Below, piece by piece: positions 53,452 to 64,000 of a stretch of 64,000 bases of DNA (its first letter is position 1; the number at the start of each line of letters is the position of its first letter). The notes under the pieces are model-generated. The model had not been told where the DNA came from. It saw nothing but the letters and a program-made list of their open reading frames with translations, and ran no database searches. Location: assembly GCA_964016885.1 (NCBI GenBank), contig OZ024764.1, positions 26,102,001-26,166,000 on the forward strand. The letters are read 5' to 3'. Origin of the DNA: Eledone cirrhosa (lineage: Eukaryota). The position numbers and the translations under genes were made by a program.

Positions 53452-53960
53452 AAATAGAAGATGGAAGGAGATGGGAGATGAGAAGTTGGAAGACAGAAGA
53501 TAGATGGAAGACAGAAGATAGATGGAAGACAGAAGATAGAAGTTGGAAGACGGAAGACAGAAGATAGAAGACAGACAATAGAAGATAGAAGATGGAAGAA
53601 GATGGAAGACAGAAGATGGAAGAAGATGGAAGACAGAAGATGGAAGAAGATGGAAGACAGAAGATGGATGAAGATGGAAGATGGAAGACAAACGATAGAA
53701 GATGGAAGACAGAAGAAGATGGAAGACAGAAGTTGGAAGATGGAAGACAGAAGATGGAAGAAGATGGAAGAGGAGCAGATAGAAGACAGAAGATGGAAGA
53801 AGAAGGAAGACAGAAGATAGAAGAAGAAGGAAGACAGAAAATGGAAAACAGAAGATGGAAGACAGACGATGGAAGAAGATGGAAGACAGAAGTTAGAAGA
53901 CAGAAGATAGAAGTTGAGAAGTTGGAAGACAGAAGATGGAAGACGTGAAGTTGGAAGATA
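53452..53960. repeat. Purine-rich (GAAGATG/GAAGACA)n repeat; similar tract at 28180-28445
   Basis: Directly visible. Confidence 0.9.
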
Positions 53961-54096
53961 AAAAATGAGAAGTCAAAAGGCAAAGGAGTCGATTGACTTT
54001 CGTCAAATCAGACCAAGGAAACAATGTTTACATTGGTCTTTCTAATTGTTAATATTATCTATCGGTCACAACTCCAGGTAGAAGGAACAACGTTAA

Positions 54097-55770
54097 CCCT
54101 TTAGCATTTACATTACTCTATATACACCATTGTATTTTCACAGTAAAGGCTTTACCTCACATAATATCTCACATAACATTTACATTACTCTATATATACT
54201 ATTGTATTTTCACAGTAAAGTCTTTACCTCACATAACATTTACATTACTCTATAAACACTATTGTATTTTCACAGTAAAGGCTTTACCTTACATAATATC
54301 TCACATAACATTTACATTACTCTATATACACTATTGTATTTTCACAGTAAAGGCTTTACCTTACATAATATCTCACATAACATTTACATTACTCTATATA
54401 TACTATTGTATTGTCACAGTAAAGGCTTTACCTCACATAACATTTACATTACTCTATATATACTATTGTATTTTCACAGTAAAGGCTTTACCTCACATAA
54501 TATCTCACATAACATTTACATTACTCTATATATACTATTGTATTTTCACAGTAAAGGCTTTACCTCACATAATATCTCACATAACATTTACATTACTCTA
54601 TATATACTATTGTATTTTCACAGTAAAGGCTTTACCTCACATAATATCTCACATAACATTTACATTACTCTATATATACTATTGTATTGTCACAGTAAAG
54701 GCTTTACCTCACATAATATCTCACATAACATTTACATTACTCTATATATACTATTGTATTGTCACAGTAAAGGCTTTACCTCACATAATACCTCACATAA
54801 CATTTACATTACTCTATATATACTATTGTATTTTCACAATAAAGGCTTTACCTCACATAATATCTCACATAACATTTACATTACTCTATATATACTATTG
54901 TATTGTCACAGTAAAGGCTTTACCTCACATAATATCTCACATAACATTTACATTACTGTATATATACTATTGTATTTTCACAGTAAAGGCTTTACCTCAC
55001 ATAATACCTCACATAACATTTACATTACTCTATATATACTATTGTATTTTCACAGTAAAGGCTTTACCTCACATAATATCTCACATAACATTTACATTAC
55101 TGTATATATACTATTGTATTTTCACAGTAAAGGCTTTACCTCACATAATACCTCACATAACATTTACATTACTCTATATATACTATTGTATTTTCACAGT
55201 AAAGGCTTTACCTCACATAATATCTCACATAACATTTACATTACTCTATATATACTATTGTATTTTCACAGTAAAGGCTTTACCTCACATAATATCTCAC
55301 ATAACATTTACATTACTCTATATATACAATTATATTTTCACAGTAAAAGCTTTACCTCACATATTTACATTACTCTATATATACTATTATATTATCATGG
55401 TAAAGGCTTTACCTCACATAATATCTCACATAACATTTACATTACTCTATATATACAATTATATTTTCACAGTAAAGGCTTTACCTCACATAATATCTCA
55501 CATAACATTTACATTACTCTATATATACTATTATATTATCATGGTAAAGGCTTTACCTCACATAATACCTCACATAACATTTACATTACTCTATATATAC
55601 TATTATATTATCATGGTAAAGGCTTTACCTCACATAATTATCTCACATAATATGAGATTTTGAAAGTATTTATTTCGAGAACAATACCTTAACATCAGTT
55701 TGAGCGACTGGTTACAGCCAGTTTCAACAGAAAGAGGTAGAGAATTCTGGCCGGTTTGAACATTAAAGGG
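54097..55770 (-). mobile_element. Same MITE in inverted orientation, ~22 units, TTAA target duplication
   Basis: TTAA on both sides; interrupts a SINE whose intact form is seen at ~14200-14330. Confidence 0.85.
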
Positions 55771-55924
55771 TTAAATATAGTGTCTTGCTCAAGGACATAA
55801 TGCATCGCCCGGTCCAGGAATCAAACTCACAACCTCACGATTCCAATTCTCTTACCACTCAGCCACGCGCCTAAAAATTCAGAAGGCAAAAGAAGATAAA
55901 ATAGATAAGAAGTGGAGTATTTAC

Positions 55925-56132
55925 CTCGAGAATGATGTGAGAGTCTGTACAGATGGTGATGTTGCTGCCGAGGTTTGCATTTATACTGTGTTTCTGTAAA
56001 AAGCTGTTGCGACAGATGAGTATCTCGTGAAGCCATTTAAGGATCTCGGTGTTGCTGGCTAATGGTAATGGAGGGCTGGGGTTTAATTGGTTCTGGATTA
56101 ACTTCTGGGACACAGACGTTAAAACTTGAGAA
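55925..56132 (-). CDS. NF1: NF1 exon F (SQVLTS...TEILKWLHEILICRN...ILE), 208 nt
   Basis: ttgcag| and |gtaaa; TEILKWL.EILICRN motif. Confidence 0.95.
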
Positions 56133-56509
56133 CTGCAAACAACAATGGAGAACATATAGAAACAAACAAACAATATAACAGCATCTTTATGAATGTTATT
56201 ATTATTATTATTTATTTTATATTTTATATTTTCATTGTTAAATTAGTCTTGCCATTGTGCACTTTTACTCGACCTTATTGTAAACCCCCACTGTCCCTGT
56301 CTTTGTATTGTCCCCTACATGTCGGCCCTTGTGGCTAATAAATGAAATCATTATTATTATTATTAAAATAAAGTACCAGTAATGCACTGGGTATTTGCTG
56401 GCTTTGTGCCTAAAGTAGAAACAATTATTATTTTTATTATTATTATTATATATATATATATTAAGAAGAATCAAGTCAGTGTAGAAAGTTTAGCGAGAGC
56501 ACAGCTTAC

Positions 56510-56589
56510 CTTATTTTCCAAAATGTATTAATTGGAGCTTCTGGATTCCACAGTGTTATAATTTCTGGTTGGTGTAACCGTAATAGAGC
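56510..56589 (-). CDS. NF1: NF1 exon E (ALLRLHQ...LWNPEAPINTFWKI), 80 nt
   Basis: tttcag| and |gtaagc; LWNP.AP..TFW motif; not in the ORF track. Confidence 0.95.
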
Positions 56590-56602
56590 CTGAAATAGAT
56601 AC

Positions 56603-57290
56603 AACCATGTAGTTAGAATGGTAGAGTCTACGATAGATAGAACCTCACAATTAGAATGGTAGAGTCTACAATAGATAGAACCATGTAGTTAGAATGGTAG
56701 AGTCTACGATAGATAGAACCTCACAATTAGAATGGTAGAGTCTACGATAGATAGAACCATGTAATTAGAATGGTAGAGTCTACGATAGATAGAACCATGT
56801 AGTTAGAATGGTAGAGTCTACGATAGATAGAACCTCACAATCAGAATGGTAGAGTCTACGATAGATAGAACCTCACAATTAGAATGGTAGAGTCTACGAT
56901 AGATAGAACCATGTAATTAGAATGGTAGAGTCTACGATAGATAGAACCATGTAGTTAGAATGGTAGAGTCTACGATAGATAGAACCTCACAATCAGAATG
57001 GTAGAGTCTACGATAGATAGAACCTCACAATTAGAATGGTAGAGTCTACGATAGATAGAACCATGTAGTTAGAATGGTAGAGTCTACAATAGATAGAACC
57101 ATGTAGTTAGAATGGTAGAGTCTACGATAGATAGAACCATGTAGTTAGAATGGTAGAGTCTACGATAGATAGAACCTCACAATTAGAATGGTAGAGTCTA
57201 CGATAGATAGAACCATGTAGTTAGAATGGTTGAGTCTACGATAGATAGAACCTCACAATTAGAATGGTAGAGTCTACGATAGATAGAAGC
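56603..57290. repeat. 38-bp minisatellite filling the D-E intron, ~18 copies
   Basis: aaccatgtagttagaatggtagagtctacgatagatag. Confidence 0.95.
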
Positions 57291-57329
57291 AGACAATATA
57301 AAATGTGATAATCCAGTGTTAAGACCTAC

Positions 57330-57443
57330 CTCCATGGCCTCTTGTGCTATTTCCGGCATTTGATGGATATGGACAAGTGAGACTAACCCACTTATCAACT
57401 CTGAGGTGCTGTTTTGGACCTCGTGGCCCGGTTTGTCTGGATT
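57330..57443 (-). CDS. NF1: NF1 exon D (NPDKPG...MPEIAQEAME), 114 nt
   Basis: ttccag| and |gtagg; MPEIAQEAME matches NF1. Confidence 0.96.
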
Positions 57444-57569
57444 CTGGAAGAGAAAGAGATAACTAAACAAATCTGTGTAAAGGGCTCAAAGTGGGGACAG
57501 TCGAGAGGATAGATATCAAGGAATGTTTTAATTGGACCCCCTATAAAAGGGTACTTAAATGAAGAAGGG

Positions 57570-58239
57570 GTTGGCTAGATAAACAATTTACAGGGTGTAG
57601 TTATATGTTACATGAAAAAGGGATCACCTAGATAAACAATGTATAGGGTGTAGTTATATGTTACATGAAAACGGGGTCGGCTAGATAAACAATTTACAGG
57701 GTGTAGTTATGCTACATGAAAAAGGGATCACCTAGATAAACAATGTATAGGGTGTAGTTATATGTTACATGAAAAAGGGGTCGGCTAGATAAACAATTTA
57801 CAGGGTGTAGTTAAGCTACATGAAAAAGGGATCACCTAGATAAACAATGTATAGGGTGTAGTTATATGTTACATGAAAAAGGGGTCAGCTAGAGAGACAA
57901 TGAATAGAGTGTAGTTATGTTATATAAAAATAGGCTCACCTAGAAAGACAGTTAAGGGGTCTATAAGAAATACATGTAACATTAGGTGGGGCTGAAGAAA
58001 GTTAAGGGGTCTAAAGAATTACATTAAGGGTCTGAAGAATTACTTTAGGGGTCTAAAGAATTACATTAGGAGTCTGAAGAATTAATTTAGGGATCTGAAG
58101 AATTAATTTAGCGGTCTAAACAATTATATTAGGGGTCTGAAGAATTACTTTCGGGGTCTAAAGAATTACTTTAGTGGTCTAAAGAATTACATTAGAGGTC
58201 TGAAAAATTACTTACATTAGGGTCTAAAGAATTACTTAC
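57570..58239. repeat. ~52-bp repeat followed by a ~20-24-bp repeat reaching the exon C donor
   Basis: ctagataaacaat...gtgtagtta units, then ttaggggtctaaagaattac units. Confidence 0.88.
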
Positions 58240-58365
58240 ATGTAACATTAGGAGGGGGTCAGCATGTATTAGTTTAACTAATCCCAACAAGAAATATTTC
58301 TGCATTGTATTCTCCTCGCCAGGTCGGGATAACTTGAAACCAGTCATCTTGGTGATGGTGGAAAA
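58240..58365 (-). CDS. NF1: NF1 exon C (FSTITK...LVKLIHADPLLMLH), 126 nt
   Basis: ccacag| and |gtaagt; VKLIHADP motif. Confidence 0.95.
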
Positions 58366-58471
58366 CTGTGGAAGAAACATATCAAATTAAATTGAATCCA
58401 ACTACTTAAAAAATCATATATAGACACAGTCTCAACCTCCTGCATCAAATCCTCTGCCTCCTTCACTGTAT

Positions 58472-58702
58472 TTGTCACCAAAACTATGTCGTCGGCAAAT
58501 TCAGCATCCGATATTGCACTCAGTGCTCCTTTGGGAGCCCCTACATGGACACACTAGAAGAGGAAGACCAAGGTTAACATATGTTGATGCCCTAAGGACA
58601 GACACTGGTCTGTTGGAGATGCAGGATATGGCAGCGATAATGAGGGACAGAGACCGCTGGAGAGAACTCGTCCATGGATCTCGGGAATTTTACCCGCCTT
58701 AG
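58472..58702 (+). mobile_element. LINE (RTE-like) C-terminal fragment
   Basis: LLWEP.HG..RRGRPRLTYVD...DRDRWRELV followed by a (TAGA)n tail. Confidence 0.7.
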
Positions 58703-58917
58703 ATAGATAGATATAGACACAACAAAGTCGATTTAATTTAATTGAAAGAGTCAAATTTTAGTGATCCTAGAATGATATGTAACACATACAATGAAACACG
58801 TGTCGGTGTTATGTAATAAATGATATTCCCACTCTTCTAGAATGTGATGTTTTAACCCTTTAAGACAAATAAACTGCATCTCAACCTCATCAGCAAGTGT
58901 GCAATTTCACACATTAA

Positions 58918-59532
58918 CCCTTTAGCATTTAAACTGGCAGTATCCAGCCAGAGCTCTCTCACATCTTTCTGTTCAAACCAGCCATAACCGGCTGCTCATA
59001 CTGATATTAAGGTAGTGTTCTCAAAATAAATAATATCAAAATCTCAGATTTGAGATTATGTGAGATAATTATGTAAGATAAAGCCTTTACTGTGAAAATA
59101 CAATAGTATATATAGAGTAATGTAAATGTTATGTGAGATATTATGTGAGGTAAAGCCTTTACTGTGAAAATACAATAGTATATATAGAGTAATGTAAATG
59201 TTATGTGAGATATTATGTGAGGTAAAGCCTTTACTGTGACAATACAATAGTATATATAGAGTAATGTAAATGTTATGTGAGATATTATGTGAGGTAAAGC
59301 CTTTACTGTGAAAATACAATAGTATATATAGAGTAATGTAAATGTTATGTGAGATATTATGTGAGGTAAAGCCTTTACTGTGAAAATACAATATATAAAT
59401 ATAATAGTATATATATAATAGTATATATAATAGTATATATATAATATATAAATATAATAGTATATATATAATAGTATATATATAATATATAAATATAATA
59501 GTATATATAATACTAATGTAAAAGCTAAAGTG
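58918..59532 (+). mobile_element. Same MITE, ~5 units, decayed right end
   Basis: TTAA|CCCTTTAGCATTTA left end. Confidence 0.75.
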
Positions 59533-61218
59533 TTAAATAATAATTTGGTAAATTTCTATATACACACAAACATATATATATATATCTAAACACATACATA
59601 TAAACATATCCATTATATTCAACTCCACCCCATGCCCATACACCTCTCATGAGCACAGGTTGAAGCAGATATCTGGTATGCACCACCTTCATCTTCATCC
59701 CCCCTTTCCACACACTTATCACGTCCTAACACTCTGCCCCTCACACAAGCCCATTCACCCACCTCCCTAATCCCAACACACCATTTCCTACCAAAAGAAC
59801 CCAGTCCACACCGTAAAGTGGTCATGTAGGTGTCATGACAAAAAACACCCAGTCCACACTGTAAAGTGGTCGGGTAGGTGTCACAACAAAAAACACCCAG
59901 TCCACACTGTAAAGTGGTCATGTAGGTATCACGACAAAAAACACCCAGTCCACACTGTAAAGTGGTCATGTAGGTGTCACAACAAAAAACACCCAGTCCA
60001 CACTGTAAAGTGGTCATGTAGGTGTCACAATAAAAAGTACCCAGTCCACACTGTAAAGTGGTCGGGTAGGTGTCACAACAAAAAACACCCAGTCCACACT
60101 GTAAAGTGGTCTGGTAGGTGTCACAACAAACAGCACCTAGTCCACACTGTAAAGTGGTCATGTAGGTGTCATGACAAAAAACACCCAGCCCACACTGTAA
60201 AGTGGTCATGTAGGTATCACGACAAAAAACACCCAGTCCACACTGTAAAGTGGTCATGTAGGTGTCACAACAAAAAACACCCAGTCCACACTGTAAAGTG
60301 GTCATGTAGGTGTCACAATAAAAAGTACCCAGTCCACACTGTAAAGTGGTCGGGTAGGTGTCACAACAAAAAACACCCAGTCCACACTGTAAAGTGGTCA
60401 GGTAGGTGTCACAACAAACAGCACCTAGTCCACACTGTAAAGTGGTCATGTAGGTGTCATGACAAAAAACACCCAGCCCACACTGTAAAGTGGTCATGTA
60501 GGTATCACGACAAAAAACACCCAGTCCACACTGTAAAGTGGTCGTGTAGGTGTCACAATAAAAAGTACCCAGTCCACACTGTAAAGTGGTCATGTAGGTG
60601 TCACAATAAAAAGTACCCAGTACTCACTGTAAAGTGGTCATAAAGGTGTCACGACAAAAAACACCCAGACCACACTGTAATGTGGTTGTGTAGGTGCCAC
60701 GACAAAAAGAACCCAGTCCACACTGTAAAGTGGTTGTGTAGGTGCCACAACAAAAGGCACCCAGCACACACTGTAAATATTGTTGGCATTAGGAAGGGCA
60801 TCCAGCTGTAGAAACCAAGCCAAAATCAGTCCTGTGTGAGCAAGACATGGTCTCCAGACCCAACTTGCCTCTAATGGGACAACCCGTCTAACCCATGCTA
60901 GTGTGGAAAATGGACATTAAACGGTGGTGATGATGATACACACACACACACACACACATACATATAAATATACATCTATATATATATATATATCCATTTC
61001 CCTTCCATATATTCCCAACATTTGCACTACAGTTCATATAAACCCCCCCCCCCAAAAAAAAAACATGCTTTGAGGCTAGTAGAATAGTAAACACACAGTT
61101 TTATATCATAGAACCTGGGGTGGTCTGAGGCAGGGCTGGTTAAGAAAAGTGTGCAGTACGATGTTGTTTGGACCCTCTCAAATGCACGATGGGGTAACAG
61201 TGAAGAGAAAAAGCTAAC

Positions 61219-61344
61219 CTGTGTCTTTGGTCCTTGGCTTGCTGTGGCTTGCATTATCTTATTCACAGCATCATTAAACATGCTACGGAGTTCTCCAGCT
61301 TTACTGTACATCTTCCTTATCTCGGGCCACCACGCCAGCCGAGG
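61219..61344 (-). CDS. NF1: NF1 exon B (PRLAWWPEI...GPKTQ), 126 nt
   Basis: ttacag| and |gttag; WWP..I..ELR.MF motif. Confidence 0.95.
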
Positions 61345-61699
61345 CTGTAACAAACATATCAACAATTTATCTATTTGAATCAATATCTATTTATTTCATC
61401 AATTTAAATGTCCGTGTAGAGCTAGCAAGCCATAACAGACTAGTGGAAGTATCTAGTGGTTTCTTACAGTTACAAAACAAAAAAACAAGATACATAGAGA
61501 TAGGTAAATATAAAAATAAACTCTACTGTACTGTACTAAACGGTACTATACTGTACTATACTATATGATACTATACTGTACTCTACTATACTATACTATA
61601 CTGTACTGTACTATGATTTGAGACCCAAGAATAGAAGGTATGTGAAGGTTTGAGAGAAATGAAGCAGACATTTTTTGTTTGCAGTTTAGACTATTTCAA

Positions 61700-62825
61700 A
61701 TTTTCACAACAATCTGTCTAGCAGTAAAGATACTATAAACATTTAGTACAAAACAACACTATGACTACATCACATTAAATATTACAGTCTTTACTGTAAT
61801 ACTGTAAATATTCACAACAATCTGTCTACCAGTAAAGATACTATAAACATTTAGTACAATACAACACTATGACTACATCACATTAAATATTACAGTCTTT
61901 ACTGTAATACTGTAAATATTCACAACAATCTGTCTACCAGTAAAGATACTATAAACATTTAGTACAAAACAACACTATGACTACATCACATTAAATATTA
62001 CAGTCTTTACTGTAATACTGTAAATATTCACAACAATCTGTCTACCAGTAAAGATACTATAAACATTTAGTACAAAACAACACTATGACTACATCACATT
62101 AAATATTACAGTCTTTACTGTAATACTGTAAATATTCACAACAATCTGTCTACCAGTAAAGATACTATAAACATTTAGTACAAAACAACACTATGACTAC
62201 ATCACATTAAATATTAAAGTCTTTACTGTAATACTGTAAATATTCACAACAATCTGTCCACCAGTAAAGATACTATAAACATTTAGTACAAAACAACACT
62301 ATGACTACATCACATTAAATATTACAGTCTTTACTGTAATACTGTAAATATTCACAACAATCTGTCTACCAGTAAAGATACTATAAACATTTAGTACAAA
62401 ACAACACTATGACTACATCACATTAAATATTAAAGTCTTTACTGTAATACTGTAAATTTCCACAACAATCTGTCCACCAGTAAAGATACTATAAACATTT
62501 AGTACAAAACAACACTATGACTACATCACATTAAATATTAAAGTCTTTACTGTAATACAGTAAATTTCCACAACAATCTGTCCACCAGTAAAGATACTAT
62601 AAACATTTAGTACAAAACAACACTATGACTACATCACATTAAATATTAAAGTCTTTACTGTAATACTGTAAATTTCCACAACAATCTGTCCACCAGTAAA
62701 GATACTATAAACATTTAGTACAAAACAACACTATGACTACATCACATTAAATATTAAAGTCTTTACTGTAATACAGTAAATTTCCACAACAATCTGTCCA
62801 CCAGTAAAGATACTATAAACATTTG
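61700..62825 (-). repeat. 108-bp repeat, ~10 copies
   Basis: cacaacaatctgtc recurs at 61705, 61813, 61921, 62029 and onward. Confidence 0.95.
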
Positions 62826-62951
62826 AATTAATAATCAAAACGACCCCCCAATATTTCAACATCACCCCACTCTGCTATCCCTTCCCTCCATCTCTGAACT
62901 AACATATTAGCTGAGGTGAGAAAGAGTTAAGTTGCAGTGGGTTGACCTTAC

Positions 62952-63161
62952 CTGTGTGATGATCTTGTATAAAGCGCTGACTAAGACCAGGTGGTAGATG
63001 AGAGGAGACTGTGGGTTGAGACAGACCTTGGGAAGATCTCCGATGTATGGGTTGATGCGAAAGAACGACACAAAACAATCAATGTACAGGTCAATGTCTT
63101 GACCAATTGTACCCTGGCTACGACTAAACTTCGTACTGGAAGGTGGGCTGAATAGTAGGGT
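62952..63161 (-). CDS. NF1: NF1 exon A (TLLFSPPS...[11 protein letters not shown]...LYKIITQ), 210 nt, phase 0/0
   Basis: ctacag| acceptor, |gtaag donor; resembles human NLLFNPSKPFSR...LHRIITN. Confidence 0.95.
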
Positions 63162-63198
63162 CTGTAGAGAAGACAACAACATAATATATATATGTATG

Positions 63199-63335
<137 letters not shown>

Positions 63336-63347
63336 GCATATATATAT

Positions 63348-63378
<31 letters not shown>

Positions 63379-63519
63379 AACATACATATATATATATATA
63401 TATAAACATACATATAAATATATATACATACATTTAAATATACATATATACATATAAATATATATACATATATATATACGATATTAAACCAATGGAAACT
63501 ACATTTATAAAACCATATT

Positions 63520-63585
63520 TATTTCATTATATATATTTCAGGGATATCATATTAAAAATATGGTATGCCTTCTTCAGACAAAATA
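63520..63585 (-). ncRNA. Type I hammerhead ribozyme, family B (left arm of palindrome, sense to NF1)
   Basis: Reverse complement of 63717-63782. Confidence 0.8.
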
Positions 63586-63716
63586 CAATATATAAACAGT
63601 TTTATAAATAAATTTGACATACCTTAAAATTTTACAACTTCCATTTAAAAAGTTGTTATGGAAGTTGTAAAATTTTAAGGTATGTCAAATTTATTTATAA
63701 AACTGTTTATATATTG

Positions 63717-63782
63717 TATTTTGTCTGAAGAAGGCATACCATATTTTTAATATGATATCCCTGAAATATATATAATGAAATA
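63717..63782 (+). ncRNA. Type I hammerhead ribozyme, family B (right arm of palindrome)
   Basis: UAUUUUGU-CUGAAGA-AGGCAUACCAUAUU-UUU-AAUAUGAUAUCCCU-GAAA-UAUAUA-UA^AUGAAAUA. Confidence 0.8.
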
Positions 63783-63909
63783 AATATGGTTTTATAAATG
63801 TAGTTTCCATTGGTTTAATATCGTAAAATACTCCAAAACCTGTTGAGTGCTTTTATATCAGTTATAAAATATTTACTCGTTGTAACCCAACAATTTTAAA
63901 TAAAACTTT

Positions 63910-63951
<42 letters not shown>

Positions 63952-64000
63952 TATACATACATATATACATACATATATATATACATACATGTATATATAC

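Larger units (their letters stand above)
63477..63910. mobile_element. Hammerhead-bearing short element, family B, 168-bp palindrome
   Basis: Arms 63477-63644 and 63658-63825, 13-nt spacer; homologous to ~16380-16549; (TA)n flanks. Confidence 0.75.

Noticed and set aside
58765-58812. GAAA-CACGUG-UC hammerhead 3' half
   Set aside because: No intact CUGANGA upstream and no convincing stem I.

Overview
Repeat-rich animal genomic DNA, most likely an octopod cephalopod (inferred from its SINE and microsatellite content). The window lies entirely inside a neurofibromin (NF1) gene on the minus strand. I traced 22 consecutive GT-AG exons (63161 down to 13017; 2992 nt, about 997 codons, all phases compatible), running from the N-terminal region into the RasGAP domain, including the TLFRGNS arginine finger and the FLR motif. 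The gene continues beyond both window edges. Introns are filled with tRNA-derived SINEs, RTE, CR1 and R4/Dong LINE fragments, a Helitron-like element, a TTAA piggyBac-type MITE carrying 72-bp arrays, and many minisatellites. The most notable unannotated signal is a set of type I hammerhead ribozymes: 8 complete motifs in 3 sequence families plus decayed copies. They sit in short elements inserted into (TA)n tracts. Several form long palindromes, several are sense to the NF1 pre-mRNA, and all three families share a long stem II with a C-Y mismatch at base pair 4. A second recurring pattern is tandem repeats seeded from NF1 splice junctions. Nearly all long ORFs in the supplied track are translations of satellites, not genes.
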